This document shows, in pieces, positions 38,776 through 51,772 of a DNA stretch of 64,000 nucleotides (positions are counted from its first letter, which is position 1; every line of letters starts with the position of its first letter). The notes under the pieces were generated by a model. That model worked only from the letters and a program-made list of their open reading frames with translations, had not been told where the DNA came from and did not search any database. The stretch comes from an uncultured delta proteobacterium. Its GTDB lineage: Bacteria > Desulfobacterota > Binatia > JACPRU01. The stretch is taken from NCBI GenBank assembly GCA_963745025.1, contig CAVUWD010000013.1, forward strand, positions 160,001 through 224,000, read 5' to 3'. The translations under genes and the position numbers were made by a program.

Positions 38776-39066
38776 ATGAAGATCAGGCCGCTGGGTGACC
38801 GAGTGCTGATCAAGCGCGTCGCCGAAGAAGAGAAGACCAAGGGAGGGATCATCATCCCCGATACCGCCAAGGAGAAGCCCCAAGAGGGCAAGGTGATCGC
38901 GGTCGGGAAGGGCAAAACGAACGAGGACGGGAAAGTAACGCCGCTAGACGTCAAGGCGGGCGATCGCATCCTGTTCGGCAAGTACTCTGGCACCGAGATC
39001 AAGCTGATCGGTGAAGAGCATCTCATTCTGCGCGAGGAAGACATCCTCGGCATCATCGAAGGATAA
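38776..39066 (+). CDS. groES: Co-chaperonin GroES
   Basis: [26 protein letters not shown]. Confidence 0.97.
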   Translation: MKIRPLGDRVLIKRVAEEEKTKGGIIIPDTAKEKPQEGKVIAVGKGKTNEDGKVTPLDVKAGDRILFGKYSGTEIKLIGEEHLILREEDILGIIEG

Positions 39067-39125
39067 GACCTCGCCCACACGCGGCCCAACGGGCCGGGTG
39101 CAGAGGCGGATTCGACAAGCTCTAA

Positions 39126-40784
<1,659 letters not shown>

Positions 40785-40809
40785 GCAGCTCGCGCCCAAG
40801 ACCATCGTT

Positions 40810-40850
40810 CGAAGAGCCCTCTTCTACCGGGGAGAGGGCTCTTCGTTTTT
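40810..40850 (+). terminator. Intrinsic terminator after groEL
   Basis: CGAAGAGCCCTCT / AGAGGGCTCTTCG 13-bp stem followed by TTTTT. Confidence 0.85.
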
Positions 40851-40884
40851 CGGCCGCCTTGGGATAAAGTCGCCCGCTTATCCG

Positions 40885-42215
40885 ATGCTGGAATCCCTGA
40901 GCGACAAGTTCGAGGCCATCTTCAAGAAGCTTCGCGGCGAGGCGAGGGTCCGCGAGCGCACACATCGAGGAGACGCTGCGCGAAGTGCGGCTCGCGCTCC
41001 TCGAGGCCGACGTCAACCTCCAGGTCGTCAAGCAGTTCACGGAGGCGATCCGCCGCCAGGCGCTCGGCCAAGAAGTCCTCCAGTCGCTCACACCGGCCCA
41101 GCAGATCATCAAGATCGTTCACCAGGAGCTGGTGACGCTGATGGGGGAGGCGGGGCGCGGCCTCGACCTTTCCGCCGCTCCGCCGGTGCCAGTCATGCTC
41201 GTCGGCCTGCAGGGCTCGGGAAAGACCACCACGGTCGGCAAGCTCGCCCGTTACCTGAAGCTCGAAAAAAACCGTAATCCCTACCTCGTGCCCGCCGACG
41301 TGCAGAGGCCGGCGGCGATCGAGCAGCTTCGGCTGCTCGGAGAGCAGGTGGGCTGCGCGGTGCACCCGTCGACGAGCGATCAAAATCCGGTTGCGATCTG
41401 CCGCGCCGCGCTGACGGCGGCGAAGAATCAGGGATATGACGTCTGCCTCTTCGACACCGCGGGACGGCTCCACATCGACGAGGAGCTGATGCAGGAGCTC
41501 GCCGACATCCGCACTGCGGTGTCGCCGCACGAGATCGTGCTCGTGGCCGACGCGATGACGGGTCAGGACGCGGTCAACGTCGCGCAGTGGCTTCCACGAG
41601 CGCCTGGGTTTGACCGGCGTGATTCTCTCCAAGATGGAGGGCGACGCCCGCGGCGGCGCCGCGCTCTCCATCCGCGCGATATCGGGGGCGCCGATCGTGT
41701 TTCTCGGCGTGGGCGAGAAGCTCGATGCCCTCGAGCCGTTCTATCCCGACCGCCTCGCGTCACGCATTCTCGGCATGGGCGACGTGCTGTCGCTCATCGA
41801 GCGCGCCGAGCGTGCCTTCGATCAGAAGGAGGCGGAGAAGCTCGAACGGAAGCTTCGCCGCGCCGAGTTCTCGCTCGAGGACTTCCGCGACCAGCTACGG
41901 GCGATGAAGAAGATGGGCTCGGTCGGAGATCTCCTCGGCATGATCCCCGGCCTCGGCAAGATGGCCCGTGCGGTGGATGCCGGCAAGGCAGAAAGGGATC
42001 TTGCGCGCGTCGAGGCGATCATCAACTCCATGACTCGACAGGAGCAGCAGAATCCGAACATCCTGAATGCGGGCCGGCGCCGGCGCATCGCCCTCGGCAG
42101 CGGCACCTCCGTCGCCGACATCAACCGCTTCTTGAAGCAATACGCGCAAATGAAGAAGATGATGAAGAAGTTCACCAGCGGCGGTCGTGGGCTCGGGATC
42201 GGCCTGCCGATCTGA
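40885..42215 (+). CDS. ffh: Signal recognition particle protein (two frameshifts near 40955 and 41587, probably errors)
   Basis: RLALLEADV, GLQGSGKTTT, DTAGRL, DARGGAALS, RILGMGDV, EAIINSMT, RIALGSG spread over three frames. Confidence 0.93.
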
Positions 42216-42245
42216 GCCGCGAGCCGTCAGGAGGAGCGAAGAGAA

Positions 42246-42518
42246 ATGCCTGTTACGATTCGACTGTCCCGGCACGGGGCGAAGAAGCACCCATTTTACC
42301 GGATCGTGGTCGCCGACTCGCGCTTCCCGCGTGACGGCCGTTACGTCGAGCAGCTCGGTACCTACGATCCCGCCCCCAACCCTGCTCGCGTGACGGTCAA
42401 GCGCGAGAAGCTCGAGGGTTGGCTCGCGCGTGGCGCAAAGCCGACCGACACGGTGGCGCACGTGCTCAAGCGCGCTGGCTTTCCCGCGCGTGCTCCGGCT
42501 GCGCCCAAGGCGGCCTGA
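42246..42518 (+). CDS. rpsP: 30S ribosomal protein S16
   Basis: IRLSRHGAKKHPFYRIVVADSRFPRDGR. Confidence 0.97.
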   Translation: MPVTIRLSRHGAKKHPFYRIVVADSRFPRDGRYVEQLGTYDPAPNPARVTVKREKLEGWLARGAKPTDTVAHVLKRAGFPARAPAAPKAA

Positions 42519-42530
42519 GCTCCGGCTTCC

Positions 42531-42782
42531 GTGGTGAAGGAACTCGTCGAATACGTGGCGCGGTTCCTGGTTCGGAATCCCGAGGCGGTCAGCGTGACCG
42601 AAACGCTGCGCGACGGAGTGCCGACGCTCGAGCTGCGCGTCGCGGATGAGGATCTCGGCAGGGTGATCGGCAAGGAGGGGCGCACGGCGAAAGCGCTGCG
42701 CGCGATCCTCAACGTCGCGGCCGCGAGAAAGAACCAGCGCGTCATTCTCGACATCGTCGAGAGGGATCGACCGAAGGCTTGA
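42531..42782 (+). CDS. khpA: KH-domain RNA-binding protein
   Basis: DLGRVIGKEGRTAKALR. Confidence 0.9.
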   Translation: MVKELVEYVARFLVRNPEAVSVTETLRDGVPTLELRVADEDLGRVIGKEGRTAKALRAILNVAAARKNQRVILDIVERDRPKA

Positions 42783-43412
42783 TTGGAGCCTCGGACCGTC
42801 GGGGCTCTTGGAGTCGCTAGTCGGAACGAGGAAGTCGTGAGACCCGCGCCATCCGCCTCGGCAAGCAAGCCGCCGCCGGCGGGAGTCGTTCCCGGCCCTG
42901 ATGGCGAGCGGCTCGTCGTCATTGGCGAGCTCGTCGGCGCGCACGGGGTGCGTGGCGAGGCGCGCCTGAGGCCGTTCAATCCGGATTCGTCCGTGTTGGC
43001 CGGCGTCTCCGAGGTCTTCCTTCTCGGCAGCGAACCGGCGACACGCCGGTTGCGGCTCGAGCATGCTCGCCCGCACGGTGGCGTCTGGTTGGTGAGCCTG
43101 GAGAACCTGACGACTCCGGAAGCGGTGCGCTCGTTGCAAGGGCGCCGGGTGGCGGTTCGTGAGCAGGAGCTTCCTGTCTTGGAGGCCGGGCAGTTCTACT
43201 GCTACCAGCTCATCGGCCTCGAAGTCTTGGATGATTCGGGCCGCTTACTCGGCAGAGTCTCGGAAGTTCTCTCGACGAGCGGCAACGACGTCCTGGTCGT
43301 CCGGGGGAGTGGGAAGGAGCGGCTCATCCCGATGATCGACCGGACGGTCCGCGAGATCGCTCTCGACGTTGGGCGCATCGTCGTTCACCCCATCGAGGGG
43401 TTGCTCGACTGA
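42783..43412 (+). CDS. rimM: Ribosome maturation factor RimM (start uncertain)
   Basis: IGELVGAHGVRGE, FYCYQLIGL, GNDVLVV, LIPMI. Confidence 0.9.
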   Translation: MEPRTVGALGVASRNEEVVRPAPSASASKPPPAGVVPGPDGERLVVIGELVGAHGVRGEARLRPFNPDSSVLAGVSEVFLLGSEPATRRLRLEHARPHGGVWLVSLENLTTPEAVRSLQGRRVAVREQELPVLEAGQFYCYQLIGLEVLDDSGRLLGRVSEVLSTSGNDVLVVRGSGKERLIPMIDRTVREIALDVGRIVVHPIEGLLD

Positions 43413-43424
43413 CCCCGGTCGCTG

Positions 43425-44156
43425 ATGCGCTTTCAAATCCTCACGTTGTTTCCCGATTTCTTTCCCTCGCCGCTGGCGGCGAGCTTGATCGGCAAAGCGA
43501 TCCGCCGTGGACTCATCGAAGTCGAAGTTCTCGACATCCGCGATTTCGCTATTGGTGCGCATCGCGTCGCGGATGATGCTCCCTACGGCGGCGGACAAGG
43601 AATGGTGATGAAGGTCGAGCCTGTGGTGGCGGCGATCGAGGCGGCGGCTCGAAGCGCTTCCTCCGCCCGCCGGCTGCTGCTCTCTCCGCGCGGGCGACCC
43701 CTGACCCAGCCGCTCGCCGCGGAACTCGCCCGCGAAGCGGCGGTCCTGCTTCTCTGCGGCCACTACGAGGGCCTCGACGAGCGCGTGCGGCAGTTCGTCG
43801 ACGACGAGCTGTCGATTGGCGATTACGTGCTCGCCGGCGGCGAGGCCGCCGCGCTGGTCGTGATCGATGCGGTCGCGAGGCTCGTGCCCGGGTTCGTCGG
43901 CAACGCGGGATCGCTCGCCGAGGAGTCGTTCGACGACGGGCTTCTCGAGTACCCGCAGTACACGCGCCCGGAGGTCTTCCGGACGATCGCCGTGCCGCCC
44001 GTTCTCCTCTCCGGGAATCATGCGGCAATCGCCCGTTGGCGGAGGAAGGAGCGGCTGCGCCTGACCCGCAGGCGACGACCTGATCTGCTCGTGCACGCCG
44101 ATCTCGGCGAGGAAGACCGCAAGCTCCTTCGCGAGATCGAGGAAGAAGAGAAGTGA
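43425..44156 (+). CDS. trmD: tRNA (m1G37) methyltransferase
   Basis: DDAPYGGGQGMVM, CGHYEGLDER, SIGDYVLAGGE, LEYPQYTRP. Confidence 0.96.
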   Translation: MRFQILTLFPDFFPSPLAASLIGKAIRRGLIEVEVLDIRDFAIGAHRVADDAPYGGGQGMVMKVEPVVAAIEAAARSASSARRLLLSPRGRPLTQPLAAELAREAAVLLLCGHYEGLDERVRQFVDDELSIGDYVLAGGEAAALVVIDAVARLVPGFVGNAGSLAEESFDDGLLEYPQYTRPEVFRTIAVPPVLLSGNHAAIARWRRKERLRLTRRRRPDLLVHADLGEEDRKLLREIEEEEK

Positions 44157-44719
44157 CGTCGGCACCGCTCTACGTGGTGCTGCTTCACCATCCGGTCTAC
44201 GACAAGCACGGCGACGTCGTGGCCACCGCCGTCACCAACATGGACGTCCACGACCTCGCGCGGATCGGCAAGACCTACGGGGTGAGCGGCGTGTACATCG
44301 CCACGCCGGTGCGAGCGCTACGCCTGCTCGCGGAAAAGATCCTCGAGCACTGGCGGAGCGGTTTCGGCGCCGAGTACAACGAGACCCGGCGCGAGGCGCT
44401 CGCTCTGGTGCACACCGTGGTCGATCTCGATGCGGCGATTCTCGAGGTCGAGCGCAGCGCGGGTGATCGGCCCGTGCTGGTCGCGACCAGTGCCAGGGAT
44501 GCCGACGAACGGATCTCCTTCGCCGATCTTCGTTCGCGTCTGGCGACGAGCGGAGCGCCGCATCTGCTGATTCTCGGGACCGGCTGGGGACTGACGAAGG
44601 AGATTCTCGAGCGTGCCGACCTGATCCTCGAGCCGATCCATGGGGTAGCCGGCTACAACCACTTGCCGGTCCGAGCCGCCGCGGCGATCATGCTCGATCG
44701 GCTGCTCGGCTCGGCCTGA
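44153..44719 (+). CDS. SPOUT-type SAM-dependent RNA methyltransferase (DUF2168-like)
   Basis: TAVTNMDVHDLAR, GTGWGL, YNHLPVRAAAAIMLDRL. Confidence 0.85.
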   Translation: MTSAPLYVVLLHHPVYDKHGDVVATAVTNMDVHDLARIGKTYGVSGVYIATPVRALRLLAEKILEHWRSGFGAEYNETRREALALVHTVVDLDAAILEVERSAGDRPVLVATSARDADERISFADLRSRLATSGAPHLLILGTGWGLTKEILERADLILEPIHGVAGYNHLPVRAAAAIMLDRLLGSA

Positions 44720-44791
44720 TCCCTTTCCTTCATGGGGATTCTTCGCTACGATCGATGGGTTGCGAAGTTCCACCCGAGGGACGGAGAAGGC

Positions 44792-45142
44792 ATGGCCATG
44801 GCAAATCTCATCGACAAGATCGAAGCCGAGCAGCTCAAGGCCAAGGTGCCTGATCTCAAGGCCGGGGATACGGTGCGAGTCCACGTGAAGGTCGTCGAGG
44901 GTGAGAAAGAGCGAATCCAGGTGTTCGAGGGGATGGTGATTCGGCGCACTCGCGGATCGAACCGCGCGACGTTCACCGTCCGCAAGGTGTCCTACGGGGT
45001 CGGCGTCGAGCGTACGTTTCCGCTGCACTCGCCTCGCCTCGACAAGATCGAGGTGATGTCACACGGTCTGGTACGACGCGCCCGGCTCTATTACCTTCGC
45101 GAGCTTTCGGGGAAAGCGGCGCGCGTCGAAGAGGCTCCGTAG
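44792..45142 (+). CDS. rplS: 50S ribosomal protein L19
   Basis: [42 protein letters not shown]. Confidence 0.97.
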   Translation: MAMANLIDKIEAEQLKAKVPDLKAGDTVRVHVKVVEGEKERIQVFEGMVIRRTRGSNRATFTVRKVSYGVGVERTFPLHSPRLDKIEVMSHGLVRRARLYYLRELSGKAARVEEAP

Positions 45143-45146
45143 CCGG

Positions 45147-45639
45147 CTAACGCTTCGCGGCCCCGATTCCCGTTTGCACGGGCTCGTCCGCGAACCAGGC
45201 CTCCGGGCCCACGGCGCTCTCGCCCTCGAGCACGCCACCTTCACGGACGACGAGTAGCCGCGCCGTCACTCTGCCGACGAACCTCCCCCTCTCGCAAATT
45301 TCGACCTTGCGCGTCTCCGTGATCTCGCCCCGGACGACGCCCTCGATGCGCAACTCGTCGGCCTTCACGCAGCCTTCGACGATGGCGGTCGCGCCGATGA
45401 TGAGCAGCTCGGTGCAACGGAGCTCACCCTTGAGCTTGCCTTCGATCCGAGTCGGGGTGTTGAACGAGAGCTTGCCGTTGATGATCGCGTCGGCGCCGAT
45501 CGACGTGCGCACCTCGGTCTCACGGAGGAATTGCGGAGGCGGCGCCGGCGGCGCCATCGGCTGCGGTAGGCGCTGCTGGCGGCGGTGGCTGAAGACTCGC
45601 GAGCGGGTTCTCGGGGGATCGCTTTTGGAAAAACGCCAT
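45147..45639 (-). CDS. Bactofilin (polymer-forming cytoskeletal protein); true start MAFFQK is offset by one frameshift
   Basis: GGAGG then ATG GCG TTT TTC at 45639; core TSIGADAIINGKLSF..RIEGKLKGEL..LIIG..VEG. Confidence 0.82.
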
Positions 45640-45657
45640 GAGAAGCTCCTCCCAATC

Positions 45658-46652
45658 CTACGATGCTTCCGGGTCCGGTGGGAAGACGTGGCATGCGACG
45701 GCGTGGCCGCGCCTCCCGGTCACGAGCTCCGGCTCTTCCTTACGGCACACGTCTTGTGCGTGCGGGCAGCGTGGATGGAACGCGCAGCCGGCGGGTGGCG
45801 TGATCGGGCTCGGCACGTCACCCGCGAGCGGAATCCGCTGTCGTTTCCCTCGGGGGGTCGGCATCGGCACCGCCGAGAGCAGCGCCCGGGTGTAGGGATG
45901 TCGCGGTGAGGCGTAGATCTCTTCGCTCGGCGCCAGCTCGACGACCTTGCCGAGATACATGATGGCGACGCGGTGACTGATGTGCTCGACCACGCGAAGA
46001 TCGTGGGCGATGAACAAATAGGCGAGATCCAGCTGCTGCTGCAAATCCTGTAGCAGGTTCACGATCTGCGCTTGAATCGACACGTCGAGGGCCGAGACCG
46101 GCTCGTCGGCCACGATGAAGCGGGGCTCGACCGCGAGCGCGCGGGCAATCCCGATCCGCTGCCGTTGCCCGCCGCTGAATTCGTGCGGGTAGCGCTCGTA
46201 GGCGTCTTCGTGGAGCCCGACCTTGGAGAGGAGCTCGACGACGCGGCGACGTCGCTCCGGCCCGCGGGCGAGACCGTGGATCGCCAAGCCCTCGCCGACG
46301 ATCGCGCCCACGCGCATGCGTGGGTTCAGCGACGAATACGGATCCTGGAAGATGATCTGCATGAAACGGCGCTTGCGGCGCATCTCGGCGGCGGAGAGCG
46401 AGGCGAGATCGGTCCCCTCGAAGCGGACCGTCCCGGCCGTCGGCTCGATCAAGCGCAGGATGCACCGACCGAGCGTGGATTTGCCGCAGCCCGACTCGCC
46501 GACCACTCCGAGCGTTTCGCCGCGGCGGACATCGAGGTCCACGCCGCGAACCGCGTGCACGAATTCCTTGGCGGCGAAGAGACCGCCTCCGACCGCATAG
46601 TTCTTGACGAGACCGCGCACCTCGAGGAGCGGCGCTCCGTTCGTGGCGTGGC

Positions 46653-46656
<4 letters not shown>
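45658..46656 (-). CDS. Oligopeptide/dipeptide ABC ATPase, OppF-like
   Basis: [35 protein letters not shown]-terminal CxFHPRC. Confidence 0.92.
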
Positions 46657-47660
<1,004 letters not shown>

Positions 47661-47694
47661 CACGTGCGTAGGTACACTTCCCGTCGCGCCCGGA

Positions 47695-47822
47695 CAAGGA
47701 GGGTAACGGGGACGTTCTTAACCTTCGTAACCTTCATCGCGTTCCTCGCCCTAGGAAATCCTCGAAGCAGAGAGGCGCGATGAAGGTTACGAAGGTTAAG
47801 AACGTCCCCGTTACCCTCCTTG
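47695..47822. repeat. Perfect 47-bp inverted repeat with 34-nt spacer (REPIN/MITE-like)
   Basis: CAAGGAGGGTAACGGGGACGTTCTTAACCTTCGTAACCTTCATCGCG (47695-47741) and its exact reverse complement (47776-47822). Confidence 0.92.
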
Positions 47823-47855
47823 CCCCGCGAGGGACGACCCGGCATTAGACCGGGG

Positions 47856-49643
47856 GTGTCTCGGCGGCTTGTGCGCTTGTTGGCGACCCTGGTGGGGCTC
47901 TGCCTGCTGATCGAGTGCTCCAATCGCGAACCGTCCGCCCCGCCCGCCGAGGAGCCCGAATCGACCCGCGAAGGCGCGGGACCGCCGGTGCGCGGCGACT
48001 GGCTGGTGCAGTGGATGCTCGCCGATCCCCAGAGCTTGAATCCGCTCACGTCGACCGACGCGGCCTCCGCCGAGCTCCAGGGCTGGGTCCTTTCGTCGCT
48101 CACCACGCTAGACCCCCAAACCTTGGAGCAGCGGCCCGTGATCGCGACCGAGCTGCCGCAGGTTGCCCCGGATCATTTGACGTACACGTTTCACATCCGC
48201 AACGACGCGACGTTTTCCGACGGCAAGCCGTTGACCGCCGCAGACGTCCTCTTCTCGATCAAGGCGATCAAGGACCCCGAAGTGAACGCGCCGTCGCTGC
48301 GCAACTACTATTTGTCCGTGGCCGATGCGCGGGCGGTCGACGATTCGACGGTCGAATTTCGCTGCTCGGAGCCGTATTTTCGCAACGACGTCATCCTCGG
48401 CGGAATCTCGATTCTCGCCAGGCACTTCTACGACCCACACGGCGAGCTGGACGGCGTCTCCGTCGCCGACTTGAACCGCTGGGATACGCTCGCGCCCGAC
48501 AAGAAGCAGCGAGCGCTGCGCTTCGCGCAATCGTTCAACCGCGACTTCCATCGCAAGATCCTCGGTTCGGGGGCGTATGATCTGGCCGACCCCGACCGCG
48601 ACCTGATCACCGGCGAGCGCATCGTTCTCCGTCATCGCAACGACTTCTGGGCGCCAGGAGACGTCATGCGTGGCGACGGCTACGTCGACCGACTGCTGTT
48701 CCGGGTCATCAACAACCCGGATGCAGCGCTCATCGCGCTCAAAGCCGGGACGCTCGACATCATGGGACTACTGCCGCTGCAGCACTTGAAGCAAACCGAC
48801 ACTCCGGGTTTCCGCAAGCGCTTCGCCAAGCAAATCGCGTTCACGCCTTCGTACACGTACGTTGGCTGGAATGAGCTACGGCCGATGTTCCGCGAGACGG
48901 CCGTGCGCCAGGCGCTGTCGCGCCTGGTCGACCGTGACCGCATCATCTCCAAGGTGCTCTTCGGTTACGGGGAGAAGATCGACTCGCCCGTCTATCGATT
49001 CAGCCCCGAATACGACGCCGACTTGAAGAGCTATACGTTCGATCCCGAGCGGGCGAAAAAACAGCTCGACGACGCAGGATGGACGGACCATGACGGTGAC
49101 GGAATTCGCGACAAGGTCGTCGATGGCGTGCGCACGCCGCTTGGCTTCGAGATCATCTCGAACTCCGGAAACACCACGCGCAAGAACATCGGCTTGATCG
49201 TCATCGACGAGATGCGTCGCGCCGGAATCGATGCGACGTTTCGCGAAGTGGACTGGTCGATCATGCTCGAGAAGGTGGAGAAATTCGACTACGACGCGGT
49301 GATCCTCGGCTGGCAATTCTCGCCCGCCGACCCCGATCTGTATCAGGTCTGGCATTCGAGCCAGGCGGTGCCCGGCGGTGGAAACATGGTCGCCTTCAAG
49401 AATGCCGCGGCCGACGAGATCTTGGTGGACTATCGGCGCGAGTTCGACAAGGACAAGCGCATCGCGCTCTATCGCCGCCTTCAAGAGATCATCCTCGAGG
49501 AGGCTCCCTACACGTTTCTCTACATGCCGAAGTCGATCACCGCCTTCGATCGGCGGTTTCGCGATACGAAGTGGTATCCCACCGGCGGTCCTCGCTTGAG
49601 CGAGTGGTGGGTGCCGCGTGTCGCTCAGAAGTACGGGATGTAA
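47856..49643 (+). CDS. Peptide ABC transporter substrate-binding protein (family 5)
   Basis: DPQSLNP, TYTFHIR..ATFSDGKPLTAADV, VRQAL, AGWTDHDGDGIRDK. Confidence 0.9.
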   Translation: MSRRLVRLLATLVGLCLLIECSNREPSAPPAEEPESTREGAGPPVRGDWLVQWMLADPQSLNPLTSTDAASAELQGWVLSSLTTLDPQTLEQRPVIATELPQVAPDHLTYTFHIRNDATFSDGKPLTAADVLFSIKAIKDPEVNAPSLRNYYLSVADARAVDDSTVEFRCSEPYFRNDVILGGISILARHFYDPHGELDGVSVADLNRWDTLAPDKKQRALRFAQSFNRDFHRKILGSGAYDLADPDRDLITGERIVLRHRNDFWAPGDVMRGDGYVDRLLFRVINNPDAALIALKAGTLDIMGLLPLQHLKQTDTPGFRKRFAKQIAFTPSYTYVGWNELRPMFRETAVRQALSRLVDRDRIISKVLFGYGEKIDSPVYRFSPEYDADLKSYTFDPERAKKQLDDAGWTDHDGDGIRDKVVDGVRTPLGFEIISNSGNTTRKNIGLIVIDEMRRAGIDATFREVDWSIMLEKVEKFDYDAVILGWQFSPADPDLYQVWHSSQAVPGGGNMVAFKNAAADEILVDYRREFDKDKRIALYRRLQEIILEEAPYTFLYMPKSITAFDRRFRDTKWYPTGGPRLSEWWVPRVAQKYGM

Positions 49644-49649
49644 CTCACG

Positions 49650-50678
49650 ATGCTGCGCTACGCGCTGCGGCGAGTGCTGTTGATGATCCCGACGTTCGTC
49701 GGGATCACCTTCATTGCCTTTTTGATTATGCACCTCGCACCCGGTGATCCGGTCGAGCTCTATTTCCACGGGGGCCTCGCGGCGGGAATCCAGGGGGCGA
49801 GCACGGAGCGCTTGGCCGACATCCAGAAAGCCAAGGAGGCCGAGCGCCGCCGCCTCGGTCTCGATCGGCCGCTGCCCGTGCAGTACGCGGTCTGGTTCGA
49901 GCGGCTGGTGACGCTGGATCTCGGCGAGAGCTTCAAGGACAACCGCCCCGTCTGGGACAAGATCCGCGAGCGGCTGCCGGTGACGATCACGCTCAATCTG
50001 GTCTCGATCTTCCTCACGTACCTGATCGCCATCCCGCTCGGCATCTATTCCTCGGTGCGCGCCGGATCGTGGCTGGACTCGCTGTCGACGACCTCGGTCT
50101 TCATGCTCTACTCGCTGCCGTCGTTCTGGGTGGGGACGTTGATCCTCATCTACTTCTGCGGCGGCGACTATTTTCTGTGGTTCCCGCCGGCCGGCCTTCA
50201 TTCGCTCGACTACGATCCTTCCTGGCCGCTGTTGCGGCAGCTGCGCGACTACTCGTGGCACATCGCCATGCCGGTCGTGTGCGAGACCTACGCGGCGTTC
50301 GCGGCGCTCTCGCGTTACATGCGGAGCTCGATGCTCGAGAACGCGCTGCAAGACTACGTGCGCACCGCGCGCGCCAAAGGTCTCCCCGAGCGCGTGGTGA
50401 TTCTCAAGCACATTCTGCGCAACTCGTTGATCCCGATGGTGACCATGCTGGCCGATCTGTTGCCGTCACTCATCGGCGGATCGGTGATCATCGAGACGAT
50501 CTTCTCGATTCCCGGCATCGGCCAGCTCGGCTATCAGGCGGTGCTGGCGCGCGACTACCCGGTGGTGCTCGGCCTCTTCGCGATCAGCTCGGCGCTCACG
50601 CTGGTCGGCATCCTGCTCGCCGATCTGCTGCTCGCGGTCGTCGATCCGCGCATCAGCTTTGGAAGGGCGGAGCAATGA
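49650..50678 (+). CDS. Peptide ABC transporter permease, OppB-like
   Basis: HLAPGDPV, GLDRPLPVQY, DYVRTARAKGL, VDPRI. Confidence 0.92.
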   Translation: MLRYALRRVLLMIPTFVGITFIAFLIMHLAPGDPVELYFHGGLAAGIQGASTERLADIQKAKEAERRRLGLDRPLPVQYAVWFERLVTLDLGESFKDNRPVWDKIRERLPVTITLNLVSIFLTYLIAIPLGIYSSVRAGSWLDSLSTTSVFMLYSLPSFWVGTLILIYFCGGDYFLWFPPAGLHSLDYDPSWPLLRQLRDYSWHIAMPVVCETYAAFAALSRYMRSSMLENALQDYVRTARAKGLPERVVILKHILRNSLIPMVTMLADLLPSLIGGSVIIETIFSIPGIGQLGYQAVLARDYPVVLGLFAISSALTLVGILLADLLLAVVDPRISFGRAEQ

Positions 50679-51688
50679 GCAACGAGCGGTCGCAGAGCTA
50701 CCGCGCGCTCGTCTGGCGGCAGTTCCGCAAGAACCGCCGCGCCGTGGCGAGCCTCTACGGCATCTTCGCGCTGCTCGGCGTTGCGCTCTTTGCCGACCTC
50801 ATCGCCAACGACATGCCGTACTACGTCGTGATGAACGGCCGCACGTACTTCCCGATCGCGATCGACTACGGCGCGCGCCTCGGCCTCGTCTCGTGGCCCG
50901 GGGCGCTTCGCGGGGTGGACTTCAAGAAGCTCCCGAACGAAGGGGCGCTGTTTCCGCCGATTCCGTACTTGCCCCGGCGCGCGGATCTGTCGGAGGAATC
51001 GTTCTCACCGCCGACGGCCCGACATTGGCTCGGCACCGATCAGCTCGGCCGCGACGTGGCGAGCGGCATGGTCCACGGCGCTCGCATCTCGCTGACGATC
51101 GGCATCGTCGTGGCGGGCATCCAGCTCACGGTTGGGATCCTCCTCGGCGGACTCGCCGGGTACTACGGCGGCTGGGTCGACCTGGCGCTCTCGCGCGTCT
51201 TCGAGCTCATGCTGGCGATCCCGACTTTCTTCCTGATCCTCACGGTCGCGGCGGTGCTGCCGCCATCGATCTACAACGTGATGGCGATCCTCGGGCTCAC
51301 TGGCTGGATCGGCGTCGCGCGGTTCGTGCGGAGCGAGTTCTTCAAGCTGCGCGGCCTCGATTTCGTCACCGCGGCGCGCGGGCTCGGCGTGTCGAACTCG
51401 GCCGTGATGTTCCGCCACATCCTGCCGAACGCGCTGGCGCCGGTGCTCGTCTCCGCGTCGTTCAGCGTGGCTTCCGCGATCCTTGCCGAGTCGGCGCTGT
51501 CGTTTCTAGGCATCGGCGTTCCCGCCGACCTCGTCACCTGGGGATCGATCCTCGCCGTGTCGGAGCAGAACACGTTTGCGTGGTGGCTGGCAGTGTTTCC
51601 CGGATTCGCGATCTTCGCGACCGTGACGGCCTACAATCTGTTCGGCGACGGCCTGCGCGACGCGCTGGATCCGCGGCTGAAGGTCTGA
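50675..51688 (+). CDS. Peptide ABC transporter permease, OppC-like
   Basis: HWLGTDQLGRDV, RHILPNAL, ESALSFLGIG, GDGLRDALDP. Confidence 0.92.
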   Translation: MSNERSQSYRALVWRQFRKNRRAVASLYGIFALLGVALFADLIANDMPYYVVMNGRTYFPIAIDYGARLGLVSWPGALRGVDFKKLPNEGALFPPIPYLPRRADLSEESFSPPTARHWLGTDQLGRDVASGMVHGARISLTIGIVVAGIQLTVGILLGGLAGYYGGWVDLALSRVFELMLAIPTFFLILTVAAVLPPSIYNVMAILGLTGWIGVARFVRSEFFKLRGLDFVTAARGLGVSNSAVMFRHILPNALAPVLVSASFSVASAILAESALSFLGIGVPADLVTWGSILAVSEQNTFAWWLAVFPGFAIFATVTAYNLFGDGLRDALDPRLKV

Positions 51689-51692
51689 GAGA

Positions 51693-51767
51693 CGGCTACC
51701 GGCTACACGGCTACCGACTACCGCAAGCGACCTCGCGAATTCTGCCGGTAGCCGGAAGTCGGTAGCC
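51693..51767. repeat. Heptamer-unit palindromic repeat, copy C (inverted relative to copy A)
   Basis: CGGCTAC CGGCTAC ACGGCTAC CGACTAC CGCAAGCGACCTCGCGAATTCTGCCG GTAGCCG GAAGTCG GTAGCC. Confidence 0.85.
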
Positions 51768-51772
51768 TCTTT

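Noticed and set aside
40885-42215. Programmed frameshifting or true pseudogene status for ffh
   Set aside because: No slippery sites at the breaks, the gene is otherwise intact and normally essential, and similar indels recur across the window.
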